DNA from: Candidatus Binatia bacterium
GTDB lineage: Bacteria; Desulfobacterota; Binatia; HRBIN30
Direction: 5' to 3'
DNA length: 64,000 bases
NCBI GenBank assembly: GCA_038245295.1
Contig: JBBRSP010000012.1
Location: 96,001-160,000 of the forward strand
Of the stretch, positions 48,488 to 59,107 are shown one piece after another (the stretch's first letter is position 1; each line of letters opens with the position of its first letter). Made by a program: the position numbers and the translations under genes. Under the pieces are notes generated by a model. It was not told the origin of the DNA, searched no databases, and saw only the letters and a program-made list of their open reading frames with translations.

Positions 48488-49807
48488 CTAGAAAGAGTAG
48501 ACCGCTTGCGTTGCGATGGTGTCCTGCCCGCGGACGAATTCACCGTTGTGCTGGAACAACTTCTGATTGGCTTCGTCATGGCGGTATTCAGCCCGCACCA
48601 GCAAGCCGTCGGTGACCTGATACGCCAACGTCGGAGTGATCTCCCACGCCGTCGAACCATTTGGCGCCTGCGTGTTGGCGAAACGCGTTCCGTCGGTGTC
48701 GTCGAACACTTCACCGCGCAATGCGATCGAGAGTGCGTCCGTCGCCTTCACGACTCCATACAACGCACCGCCGTACCATTCGGCCGATTTGTCCCCGGCC
48801 GCACCCACCAGATCGCTCTCGTTACCATAGGTACCTTCGGCGGCGATCGTGAGGATGTCGGTTGGCTTCACCGTGACAACACCGGTCAAGGCAGCTCGCT
48901 TCGAGTGGCCATTGTCCGTCTGCTCCGGACCATACGCCGCGGAGAAGTACATCGAGACGATGTCAGTCGGATTCAGAGACAACCCGGCAATGCCTGTCTT
49001 GCCGCTGTTGTTGTCGACGACATTGTCCCAGCCGTTGACGACACCGAGATCGAGAGCCGCGATGCTCCCCATGGGGATGTTGGCCAACAGACCGGTGTGG
49101 GTGAACGGAATTCCGTACCCAAAACTGATCGACCTCGACACGTTGAAGTTATGGTTGTCGAAATTGTCGATGATCTCCGCACCCAACAAGGTCACGAACC
49201 GGCCGGCCTTGAATGTAACGCCGTCCAGGGACTCGGAAAGCTTGTAGGTGAGGTAGGCCTCACGGAGCTCGAACGAGTTGGTCTGCTCGGTCGTGTTACT
49301 GTTGCTCCAGTGCGACACGCTACCCACCACCTCAGCCGCCTTACCGAAGTCGAGGTTCGTCACGAACCCAAGCCCTTCATCGGTCTTACGAGAGATGTTC
49401 AGGTTCGCGTAATCCAGAGAGAACGTGTTCGCGTCGGTGTCGAAGGTGCGCAGGGTATTGCCGCGCGAATTGGGAGTGTTGAAATTGTACAGGTAGCTTC
49501 CGGCGACAAACCCATGAATCGACACACCCAGCTTCTCGGTAATCGTGGCCTGCGTTTCCTTGAGACTGGTTTCCAGCCCGAGTACACGATCCTTGACCGT
49601 CGCCGTCTCCGCCGCTGCACCCTTCTGTTGCGTGTCGACCTTTTGCTCGAGTGCTCGCACGCGAGCTTCCAATGCGGCGTCGTCGCTATCCGCAGCCGCT
49701 TCCGCTTTGCTCTTGGCGATTGCCTGACTGGCCCCCATGGATACTGCCAGTAGGCAAAGCGCCATCACCACGGCCCTTTTGTGATTCCCCGTCCCGCTCA
49801 TGTGCAT
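48488..49807 (-). CDS. outer-membrane beta-barrel porin (BBP2/OmpL-like) with N-terminal coiled coil
   Basis: AAGGAGGAG RBS; signal peptide; Y.YNFN.P, GRF.TL.G.E.I...N.N.SRS..F...PFTHTG, NGWD, RAEYR.D, C-terminal YSF. Confidence 0.85.
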   Translation of the reverse strand: MHMSGTGNHKRAVVMALCLLAVSMGASQAIAKSKAEAAADSDDAALEARVRALEQKVDTQQKGAAAETATVKDRVLGLETSLKETQATITEKLGVSIHGFVAGSYLYNFNTPNSRGNTLRTFDTDANTFSLDYANLNISRKTDEGLGFVTNLDFGKAAEVVGSVSHWSNSNTTEQTNSFELREAYLTYKLSESLDGVTFKAGRFVTLLGAEIIDNFDNHNFNVSRSISFGYGIPFTHTGLLANIPMGSIAALDLGVVNGWDNVVDNNSGKTGIAGLSLNPTDIVSMYFSAAYGPEQTDNGHSKRAALTGVVTVKPTDILTIAAEGTYGNESDLVGAAGDKSAEWYGGALYGVVKATDALSIALRGEVFDDTDGTRFANTQAPNGSTAWEITPTLAYQVTDGLLVRAEYRHDEANQKLFQHNGEFVRGQDTIATQAVYSF

Positions 49808-49863
49808 TCGCTCCTCCTTTGGACCCGCGGGGCTTGACCCCGGTTCGTCGAGACAACCGAGGG

Positions 49864-49879
49864 AGCAACGCGAGTGCCA
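49864..49879 (-). promoter_or_regulatory. sigma54 (-24/-12) promoter of porin gene
   Basis: Minus strand TGGCAC-TCGCG-TTGCT, matching the TGGCAC-N5-TTGCW consensus. Confidence 0.75.
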
Positions 49880-50027
49880 CATGAGGGCGACGCACTCTGC
49901 CGAAGCAGCGGCAGGTTAAACTGCCGATTTTGGCTTCATAGGCAGCAGAAGGCTGCCGCCTTCTTGGGCTCTGCTGTTTTCCGCGGCACGGATTCAAGCG
50001 CTGTTCGGGGCAACTGCCTCTCGAGCT

Positions 50028-50492
50028 TCAGCGCTTCGGGATCAGCACTTTGCGACGCAAGGTCAACACGACCTCCTCGCGCTGATTGCGAGCTCGGGTC
50101 TCGACGTACACCACACCGCGGTCCGGCTTCGTCGACGATTCCGTCTTGTCGAGAACTTCGCTCTCCGCGTAGATCGTATCGCCATGGAATGTCGGCGCTA
50201 CGTGACGTACCGATTCGTATTCCAGGTTTGCGATGGCTGTTTGGCTGATGTCCCGCACACTCATACCGACTGTCAGGGCGAAGACAAGAGTTCCGTTCAC
50301 CAAACATCGACCGTGCTGCGATTGGCTGGCGAAATGTTCATCGAAGTGCAGCGGGTTGGTGTTCATCGTCATCAACGTGAACCACGTATCATCGAAGTCA
50401 CGAATTGTTCGCCCGGGCCAGTGCTTGATGAGCTCACCCACCGTAAAGTCCTCGTAGTATCGCCCCGCTTGTTGGATTGGATTCATCGTCAA
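50028..50492 (-). CDS. MaoC-family dehydratase
   Basis: GRYYEDF.VG, H.PGRT, N.NPLHFD, P.FHGDT.YAES.V, NQR...V. Confidence 0.9.
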   Translation of the reverse strand: MTMNPIQQAGRYYEDFTVGELIKHWPGRTIRDFDDTWFTLMTMNTNPLHFDEHFASQSQHGRCLVNGTLVFALTVGMSVRDISQTAIANLEYESVRHVAPTFHGDTIYAESEVLDKTESSTKPDRGVVYVETRARNQREEVVLTLRRKVLIPKR

Positions 50493-50501
50493 ACGTCCTC
50501 G

Positions 50502-51605
50502 CTAAAAGGTAAACCGTCGCATGCTGATGTTCATCAGTAGGCCGATGGCCGTCATGCAGACCAACAACGAAGAGCCGCCTTTACTGAAAAAGGGTAACGT
50601 CACGCCGACTACCGGCAACGCGCCGGCAGCCATGGCGATGTTGACGAGCACCTGCCCGAAAATCATCGCCGTCAAACCAAACGCCAGGAGCACACCGAAC
50701 GAATCACGCGCCCGGGAAACTGCCACGAAACAGCGCAGAAGCAAGGCAACGTAGAGCGCCAGGAGCATACAGGCGCCGATAAACCCCCACTCCTCCGCGA
50801 AGACGGAAAAGATGAAATCAGTATGCTGCTCGGGCAGAAAGTTCAGGCGGTTCTGCGTGCCGTTCAGATACCCTTTGCCGTGCAACATGCCCGAGCCGAT
50901 GGCAATCTTGGATTGAATGATGTGGTAGCCGGCACCAAGGGGATCGGCGCTGGGGTTCACGAACATGAGAACGCGCTTCTGTTGATACGGTTTGAGGTGC
51001 TGCCAGCCGTACGGCAATACGGGAAGCACGATGAGCGCCGCATAGGCAACCCAGCGCAAGCGCAGGCCGGCGACAAGCAAGACGGCGCCGGTGGTCATCG
51101 CCACCACCAGCGCCGTTCCCAAATCCGGTTGCCGTAAGATCAAGGCCGCCGGCGGCAGCGCCAACAGTGCCGCCAGTAAAACCGCCCGTAACGACAAGGA
51201 ACCTTCGCCGGCGTAACGCTGCAAGAGACTCGACAACGAAACAACCAGGGCCAGTTTGGCAAATTCAGAGGGCTGAATCGAAATCGGCCCGAACCGCAGC
51301 CACCGACGCGCCCCGCCGCCCCATGCTCCGAATACGAATACGGCGATCAGCAGGACGAGGGTGGCAGCGTAGATCCAATACGCATAACGATCCAGCCAAT
51401 GGTAATCGAAGCTGCACGCCGCCAGCAAGGCGATCAGACCGAGCCCAGCCCAGACCGTTTGCTGAATCAGCGCTCGACCCACAAGCGCCTCGGTAGAATG
51501 GCTGGCGCTAAGAATCGTCGCGAGGCCGCACATGATCACGGCGATCGCCAGCAGCAACAGCGGCCAATCGAAGTGCGCCAGCAATCGCCGATCAATTCTG
51601 AGCAT
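50502..51605 (-). CDS. rodA: rod shape-determining SEDS protein RodA
   Basis: GARRW, QPSEFAK, QPDLGT, GYHIIQSKIAIGSG, FLPEQHTDFIF, G.LPVVGV.LPF.S.GGSS. Confidence 0.96.
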   Translation of the reverse strand: MLRIDRRLLAHFDWPLLLLAIAVIMCGLATILSASHSTEALVGRALIQQTVWAGLGLIALLAACSFDYHWLDRYAYWIYAATLVLLIAVFVFGAWGGGARRWLRFGPISIQPSEFAKLALVVSLSSLLQRYAGEGSLSLRAVLLAALLALPPAALILRQPDLGTALVVAMTTGAVLLVAGLRLRWVAYAALIVLPVLPYGWQHLKPYQQKRVLMFVNPSADPLGAGYHIIQSKIAIGSGMLHGKGYLNGTQNRLNFLPEQHTDFIFSVFAEEWGFIGACMLLALYVALLLRCFVAVSRARDSFGVLLAFGLTAMIFGQVLVNIAMAAGALPVVGVTLPFFSKGGSSLLVCMTAIGLLMNISMRRFTF

Positions 51606-53433
51606 AACTCTTGTTCTCCCGTTCGTGCTTGAGCGCGAAGTACCTATCGAGGATCTCCTTCGTCAACGGCGCGGCCACGGCTCCACCGCCGCCGTCGGCA
51701 TGTTCGACAATCACGGCGACAGCAATCTCCGGAGCCTCGAAGGGTGCATACCCGACAAACCAGGCATGATCACGATGTTGCCAAGGGAGCTTGTTGGCCT
51801 TGAGACGTTCTTTGCCGATCTTCACGACCTGCGAGGTACCGGTTTTCCCCGCTACTTCGACGCCCCGCACGCGGGCCTTCTTGCCGGTCCCGCGCTCGGT
51901 GGCAACGACGTCGTGCATGCCGTCGCGAACCTGCATCAGCGTCGTCGGCCGCAAGTGTTCGAGCGATTCCATCTCCTCCGGCTTCTCTTCGTGGATGATA
52001 TCGCCGTCTGGACTTTCCACGCGCAGCACGAAATGCGGCCGAAAGCGTTTCCCCACCGACATCATCGCCACCGCATTGGCCATCTGCAGCGGCGTCGCCG
52101 TGACATATCCTTGCCCGATGGACGCCGAGAGCGTCTCGCCCGTAACCCAGGATTGTTTGAAGCGCTTCCGCTTCCAGGCGGTATCGGGAATCAACCCACC
52201 CTTCTCATGCTCGAGATCGATACCGGTCGGATCCCCCAGCCCAAACTTGCGCGCATACTTGGCGATGGTGTCGATGCCGATGCGCGTCGCCAACTGATAG
52301 AAGAACGTGTCGCACGACTGCACGAGCGCTTCATGCACGTTCATCGAACCGTGGCCGCCTTTCTTCCAACACCGAAAGTAGTGGTTCCCGAAGTTGAGAC
52401 CACCCGAACAGTTGATGTGCGTAAACGGATTGATGATCCCCTCTTCCAAGGCGGCCGTGGCAACGATGAATTTGAACGTCGACCCGGGCGGATATTGGCC
52501 TTGGATGGCGCGGTTGTTCAACGGCTTGTGGTGATCCGCCAGGAGAGCTTTCCATTCGTTGGTGCGAACGCCGCGCGCAAAGATGTTTGGATCGTAGGAC
52601 GGTGAATTGACGAACGCGAGGATTTCGCCGGTGTTGGGATCCAGGGCGACGACGCTACCGTCACGGTCTCCGAGCGCCTCCGCCGCGGCGTCTTGTAAGT
52701 CGAGGTCGATGGTCAGCTTGACCGTGTTCCCCGGCACTTCCTCGACTTCGCGCAGGATGCTCAGCTTACGACCGACTGAATCCACCTCGACCTGCTGGCC
52801 ACCGTCAATGCCGCGCAAGTAATGCTCGAAGCGGCGCTCCAACCCCGTTTTGCCCACCAGATCGCCGCGATGATAGGTCTCATCCCCGTCCAAATCGGCT
52901 TGGCTCGCCTCCCCAACGTACCCCAGTAAATGCGCCAACTGCGAACCACGCGGATAACTACGGCGTGGTGTTATCTGCAGGTTGACGCCCGGTAAGTCGA
53001 TCTGATGCGTCTCAATGGCCACGACGTCGTCGTAACTGAGGTCACGCTTGATACTCACGCCTTGATACGGCGTCCGGCTCGCCGCCTTGAGCTGCGCCTG
53101 CAATTCCGCGGCACTGCCGTTCAAGTAGTGCGCCAGGTTCTCAACCAAGCCATCGAGACTAGGGCTATCTTCAGGCACAACCACGGCATCGAACGACGGC
53201 CGGCTATCGATGAGCACCCTTCCGTATCGATCCACGACCGTGCCGCGCGTCGCCTGTACCCGATGCAGCCGGATACGGTTTTTCTCCGACGACAGGCGCA
53301 TCTCTTCGCCTTGAATCACCTGCAGATTCCACAGGCGCGCGATCAAGCCGATGAAGCCGAGTAACCCCAGACCGAGGGCGACACCAACACGGCGCCGGAG
53401 AACGAGCGGAACTTCACGCTGATTGAGGGCCAT
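51592..53433 (-). CDS. mrdA: penicillin-binding protein 2
   Basis: RG...DR.G, GKTGLE, YPPGSTFK (SxxK), SCD.FFY, IGQG, AGKTGT, DHAWF. Confidence 0.96.
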   Translation of the reverse strand: MALNQREVPLVLRRRVGVALGLGLLGFIGLIARLWNLQVIQGEEMRLSSEKNRIRLHRVQATRGTVVDRYGRVLIDSRPSFDAVVVPEDSPSLDGLVENLAHYLNGSAAELQAQLKAASRTPYQGVSIKRDLSYDDVVAIETHQIDLPGVNLQITPRRSYPRGSQLAHLLGYVGEASQADLDGDETYHRGDLVGKTGLERRFEHYLRGIDGGQQVEVDSVGRKLSILREVEEVPGNTVKLTIDLDLQDAAAEALGDRDGSVVALDPNTGEILAFVNSPSYDPNIFARGVRTNEWKALLADHHKPLNNRAIQGQYPPGSTFKFIVATAALEEGIINPFTHINCSGGLNFGNHYFRCWKKGGHGSMNVHEALVQSCDTFFYQLATRIGIDTIAKYARKFGLGDPTGIDLEHEKGGLIPDTAWKRKRFKQSWVTGETLSASIGQGYVTATPLQMANAVAMMSVGKRFRPHFVLRVESPDGDIIHEEKPEEMESLEHLRPTTLMQVRDGMHDVVATERGTGKKARVRGVEVAGKTGTSQVVKIGKERLKANKLPWQHRDHAWFVGYAPFEAPEIAVAVIVEHADGGGGAVAAPLTKEILDRYFALKHERENKSYAQN

Positions 53434-53442
53434 GGTGGGAGC

Positions 53443-53943
53443 TCACTCGCCCTCGTCACTTGCGAGAAGATGCGTTCGCGACAGAATGGCGAACATCGGC
53501 GGGCTCATCAGCGCCGCAAACACTGCATCGACCGCAAGATAACGCACCAAGGTCGCCCACACTCCCTCACTCGAGATGAACACAGCAACCAAGGCCAGCA
53601 CCGCTGTAGTCTTCAAGACCGCAGCAAAAAAGACCAGGACAATCTTCGACAAGGCGTTATCGACCCACAAACGACGCGAGGTCAAGTAGACTACCGTGAA
53701 CACCAGGCACATCGCGAACGCATTCAGCCCGGCGATGCGATACGAGAAGGCGTCCTGCAGATATCCTAACGCAAAGGCGCCGATTGCACCGCCGACCGAG
53801 TGCTGCCGGAGGCCGAGATAGACACACATGATCAACAACAAATCGGGCGTCGCGTGCCCGGGGGTCAGCTGCGGAATCACCGCCGTTTGAAGCAGCAGGA
53901 CAACCAACGCCAGGGCGCCGAACAACAGCGGGCCACGCAGCAC
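53443..53943 (-). CDS. mreD: rod shape-determining protein MreD
   Basis: Hydrophobic, PDLLLI..VY, G...F..G.LQD; position between mreC and mrdA. Confidence 0.9.
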   Translation of the reverse strand: MLRGPLLFGALALVVLLLQTAVIPQLTPGHATPDLLLIMCVYLGLRQHSVGGAIGAFALGYLQDAFSYRIAGLNAFAMCLVFTVVYLTSRRLWVDNALSKIVLVFFAAVLKTTAVLALVAVFISSEGVWATLVRYLAVDAVFAALMSPPMFAILSRTHLLASDEGE

Positions 53944-53946
53944 CGC

Positions 53947-54801
53947 TTACCTCGCCTCGGCTTTTGGAAGATCGGCCGTTGGCGGCGCATTACTGCTGAC
54001 GACGACAACATCTTCGATGCTTTCGAGTGGCGCCGCGGGACGAATCTCGGCGGCTTGCAAAAGTCCACGCTGGCCGCGCGTTACGTGGACCACCTCACCG
54101 ACCAACACTCCTTTTGGAAAGATACCGTCCAACCCGGACGTCACGACGCGATCGCCGACGTCGATGTCTTCCTCACGCTTGACGTATTTCATGACACAGT
54201 GCCCATCGAGGGAGCCTTCGACAATGCCGCGCGCCCGCGTGCGCTGCACCAGAGCATCAACGCCGCTGCTGTGATCCGTCAGCAACAACACCCGAGCCGC
54301 ATGAGCACTGGTCGCAATTACCCTCCCAACCACACCGAAAGGCGACAGAACAGCCATCCCCTTATTGACTCCGTCGGCCTCACCTTTGCCGATCGTCACC
54401 GTTCCAAACCACGGCAAGGCGTCGCGACCAATGATCTGTGCCGCAAAGGCTGGGGAATCGAATTGGGACCGGAAACCCAAGAGTTCATTCAGACGACGGT
54501 TGGTTTGCTCCGTTTCCGTCAGACGGACCGCCTGGCGCTCGAGCTCCTCGAGCCGACGTCGCAGTCGGTCGTTCTCCTCACGCACGCCCACGAGGGCAAC
54601 GTAGCGACGCCAGGCATCATTCACGGTCTCGATGCCGGCGGCAGCGGCACCCTGGAAGGGACGCATGACTTCGAACGCCACCCGGCCCAGCACGTCGCTG
54701 CGATCACCGGAGCGTGCGCCGCGCGACACCATCAGAAGGGCGACGAAGAGAAGAAACCCAGAAGTGAGGATGACCCGGTTTCGCCGGACAAACTCCAGCA
54801 T
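53947..54801 (-). CDS. mreC: rod shape-determining protein MreC
   Basis: TM, coiled coil (EN..L), KG..DGV..GM.V, G.VG.V, GD.VVTSGL.G.FPKG. Confidence 0.95.
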   Translation of the reverse strand: MLEFVRRNRVILTSGFLLFVALLMVSRGARSGDRSDVLGRVAFEVMRPFQGAAAAGIETVNDAWRRYVALVGVREENDRLRRRLEELERQAVRLTETEQTNRRLNELLGFRSQFDSPAFAAQIIGRDALPWFGTVTIGKGEADGVNKGMAVLSPFGVVGRVIATSAHAARVLLLTDHSSGVDALVQRTRARGIVEGSLDGHCVMKYVKREEDIDVGDRVVTSGLDGIFPKGVLVGEVVHVTRGQRGLLQAAEIRPAAPLESIEDVVVVSSNAPPTADLPKAEAR

Positions 54802-54855
54802 GCTGCGCGCTCGATCCTGTCAACCGCCCGGCTGACGGCAGCAGGGCGGTGCGGT

Positions 54856-55902
<1,047 letters not shown>

Positions 55903-55993
55903 CTAACCAAATTACCAAATGAGGGCAAGGTAATTTCCCGGCGCAGCATATCCAGGCGAATCTAATTGTGCATATGATGCAAACGTTTAGCCA

Positions 55994-56857
55994 ATGTCAC
56001 GAGCTCTGATCAGCGTGCTTTGCGGAATCGTCGGCATCCTTGCCGGGGATGTCGTGTTCCGAACGAGCCTGCTGTACCAGGTGCGACCGGTGGTCTTGCT
56101 CCCCGCCGAACAGACGGTGGTCAGCCCCCCCGTCACCGTGGATTGGGACGGCCCCACGACCATGAACGTACAATTGCGTGTCACCGGCGGCCCGAGCACC
56201 GACTTTGGCCAACAACGTGCCCCCTTCACACTCACTCAGGCAGATTTCCCGCGCGACGGGGGCTACGAGCTGATCCTCGAACACCCCCGCTTCGGCGCTC
56301 TGGTTTCTGCTCGGCGCCAGTTCCGCATTCTGACCGCCATTGAAGAAGCCCAGGCGGCGCCGGACCCAACAACGGCCGCGCCAAAGGCTACTACCGCCAA
56401 ACCGAAGAACCTGCCCAGCGATCGGGCCACGCCCCGCGCCGCGCGAGCTCGACTCTACAAGCGACTGCGGGTCCTCGCCGACGAGAACCAGCGGCTGCAC
56501 GACGAAAACAAGCGCCTCGCTGAGGAGATGGAGTCGATCACTAGCGAGGAAAGCGAATCGACCGAACGCTCGTCCGAGTCCGAGGACCAACTGGCAACCC
56601 TGGCCGCCGAACAGCAGCGACTGCTGCAAGACAATGCCCTACTCCAGTTGCGCCTCAGCGGTGTCGTTCCCTGCTCCGTTTGGGGCTACTTCAGCTACCC
56701 CCAGGCGCAGTTCACGTCGATTCCACGGCGTGTCCTTCTAGTCACCGATCCTGGCGGCAATGTCTTCAGCACGCCGGCGCAATGCGAGTGGATACGACGC
56801 AGCGACACAACCGCCGCCACCAGTTGCTTCTGCGTTGGGAATTCGTTCGGCGGCTGA
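55994..56857 (+). CDS. membrane-anchored hypothetical protein (Ig-like region, coiled coil, Cys-containing tail)
   Basis: N-terminal TM; LL.P......P.V..DW; heptad coiled coil; four C-terminal Cys; divergent from mreB. Confidence 0.75.
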   Translation: MSRALISVLCGIVGILAGDVVFRTSLLYQVRPVVLLPAEQTVVSPPVTVDWDGPTTMNVQLRVTGGPSTDFGQQRAPFTLTQADFPRDGGYELILEHPRFGALVSARRQFRILTAIEEAQAAPDPTTAAPKATTAKPKNLPSDRATPRAARARLYKRLRVLADENQRLHDENKRLAEEMESITSEESESTERSSESEDQLATLAAEQQRLLQDNALLQLRLSGVVPCSVWGYFSYPQAQFTSIPRRVLLVTDPGGNVFSTPAQCEWIRRSDTTAATSCFCVGNSFGG

Positions 56858-56875
56858 GGCAACCGCGAACACGGC

Positions 56876-57934
56876 TCAGTTGGCGCCGGTCTCTTCGTCT
56901 TCGAGCCCACCAGCGGCGGGGCGCTTGCCACGTGGCGCCTGGTGGAAGACTTCTTCTTGGACCTGCCCCACTTCACGCGTCACCTCGATGGCGACACCGG
57001 ACTGCTCTAGGACGGCTCGCTTGACCCGCTCGGCATCGACGCGGTCGTGCAAGCCGAACTTGTCAATCAATCGCCAGGCTTCGCGATGCAGAGCCGGGAT
57101 CATGTCGTAGATGTCCTGATGGACTTCAATGTAGATGCGGTTGTCGCGCACGCCGATCTTCACAGGCTGGTACACGAACTCTCCGACCGCGCCCTTTTCG
57201 ACGGTCGGGTATAGCCGCTCGATGTCCTCCGGGTACAAACGCACACACCCATGGCTCACCTGCATGCCAACTCCCCACGGAATATCGGTGCCATGGATGC
57301 CGTAATCACCGAGACTGGTGCGCAAGCGATACTTGCCGAGCGGATTCTCCGGATCACCACCTTCGATGAAGTCGGGCGCCGGCTTGCCTTCGGCGATATG
57401 CTCTTTTTTGATCGACTCGGGTAACACCCAGCGCGGGTTTACCGTGCGATCTGTGATCTTGAACTTGCCGATCGGTGTCCGCCACTCGTCGCGACCCAGG
57501 CCAACCGGATAGGTCGTTACCGTGACCGCCCCGCCCTTGCCGGGATGGAAATAATAGAGTCGCATCTCTGGGACGTTGACGACCAGGCCCTCGAAGTCGG
57601 CATCGGGAAGAATCCACTCGGTCGGCAACAGGATCACTTGCCCAGCCGGCGGGAGCCATGAATCGACTCCCGGATTGGCCTCCGAAAGCTCGTTGAACCC
57701 AAGACTGTAGTAGCGCGCGATGTCGAGCAGCGTGTCGCCCTTCTGCACCTGGTAGAAGCGCGCTGAGCCAATCACCGTCACCGAACGCGCCGGGTCAGTG
57801 CCGCGTGAACCGAAGTACACGGTCCCCGCTGTTTGTTTCTTTTCGAACATCTCCTCGGTCCACTGACGCGCATGAACGGGCAACGCGAGAACCAAGAAAA
57901 AGAGGATGAGGGGCCGAATCGATGAAGGTTTCAT
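56876..57934 (-). CDS. L,D-transpeptidase, ErfK/YbiS type (LysM-like + YkuD + C-terminal domain)
   Basis: GDTLLDIARYY..G..E...ANPG.D.W.P, N.PEMRLYY, YPVG.G, NPLG, IHGT...G.GM.VSHGCVRL; start ATG 57934. Confidence 0.93.
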   Translation of the reverse strand: MKPSSIRPLILFFLVLALPVHARQWTEEMFEKKQTAGTVYFGSRGTDPARSVTVIGSARFYQVQKGDTLLDIARYYSLGFNELSEANPGVDSWLPPAGQVILLPTEWILPDADFEGLVVNVPEMRLYYFHPGKGGAVTVTTYPVGLGRDEWRTPIGKFKITDRTVNPRWVLPESIKKEHIAEGKPAPDFIEGGDPENPLGKYRLRTSLGDYGIHGTDIPWGVGMQVSHGCVRLYPEDIERLYPTVEKGAVGEFVYQPVKIGVRDNRIYIEVHQDIYDMIPALHREAWRLIDKFGLHDRVDAERVKRAVLEQSGVAIEVTREVGQVQEEVFHQAPRGKRPAAGGLEDEETGAN

Positions 57935-58059
57935 GTCGTGGTGTGGCGCCGATGAAAGCATACGCTTTGCCTCAAACCAAGGGCGATCCGAACGCCGCGC
58001 CGTGCAAAATGCGGTCGCGTGGTTGGAACTATCCCTGATACTGCGGCACAATCGCGCTC

Positions 58060-58926
58060 ATGAAATCACTCCGGACCGAAACCGACGCGGGCGTCCGCTC
58101 GATCATCCTGTGCCGCCCCAAGCAATACAACACCATCACCCCTGAGCTGCGTCAGGAGCTTGCCGAGGCAATCGACGAGGCCGACGACGACCGCAACGTG
58201 CGAGTCATTCTGCTGCGCGCCGAAGGCCCGGCGTTCTGCGCCGGCTATGGCCTCGACTGGTCGACGGCCGCCCAGGCCGAAGAGCATACCGTACCCGATC
58301 AGCCCAAAGGCGAACGCCATCGCGTCTGGGACTCGGTAGCCGACATGCGAATGATCGGCCGCTTCGTCGACGTTTACATGAAGCTCTGGTACGCGAAGAA
58401 GCCAACCATCGCCGCGGTGCAGGGATGGTGCATCGGCGGCGGCACCGACATGGTGCTGTGCGCCGACATGATCATCGCCGCCGACAATGCCAAGTTCGGC
58501 TACCCGCCGTCTCGTGTCTGGGGCACCCCAACGACAGCCATGTGGGTCTTCCGCATGGGCCTCGAGCGGGCCAAACGTTACCTGCTCACCGGCGACGAAA
58601 TCTCCGCCAAGACCGCCGCCGAGATCGGTCTCATCCTCGAGGTCGTGCCGACCGACAAACTCGAAGACCACGCCATCGCCTTCGCCAAACGCATGGCCCA
58701 GGTCCCCGTCAATCAACTCATCATGCTCAAACTGCTATGCAATCAAACTGTCGAGAACATGGGCCTCACGTCGAGTCGCACCCTCGGCACGCTGTTCGAC
58801 GGCATCGCCCGCCATACCCAGGAAGGAATCGACTTCGTCCAACGAGCCCAGAAGGCAGGTTTTCGCGAAGCCGTGCGGGACCGCGATGACCCATTCGGCG
58901 ACTACGGTAGCCGCAAGAAAAGTTGA
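58060..58926 (+). CDS. enoyl-CoA hydratase/crotonase family protein
   Basis: G.AFCAGY, KPTIAAVQGWC.GGG, FGYPP.RVWG, AKR.LLTGD. Confidence 0.92.
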   Translation: MKSLRTETDAGVRSIILCRPKQYNTITPELRQELAEAIDEADDDRNVRVILLRAEGPAFCAGYGLDWSTAAQAEEHTVPDQPKGERHRVWDSVADMRMIGRFVDVYMKLWYAKKPTIAAVQGWCIGGGTDMVLCADMIIAADNAKFGYPPSRVWGTPTTAMWVFRMGLERAKRYLLTGDEISAKTAAEIGLILEVVPTDKLEDHAIAFAKRMAQVPVNQLIMLKLLCNQTVENMGLTSSRTLGTLFDGIARHTQEGIDFVQRAQKAGFREAVRDRDDPFGDYGSRKKS

Positions 58927-59107
58927 CCCGGCAACAGCCGCCGAGATTATCAGGCATCGCGGCCGGTCCGCCGCTGCGACCGCCGTCCGACGACGCGCTA
59001 GGAAGCCCCAGGACGGGCGATCGCGGCCGGAGCGAGGGGGTACCTAGCCACAGGAACTCAACGTTTTTGGGCATTTTTGATGTCGCCCGCTTGAAATCAT
59101 TGGGTTT

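Noticed and set aside
58927..59107. IHF-like site (AATCATTGGGTTT) and short repeat ATCGCGGCCGG as a mobile-element boundary
   Set aside because: No partner end, recombinase or target duplication visible; too weak to call
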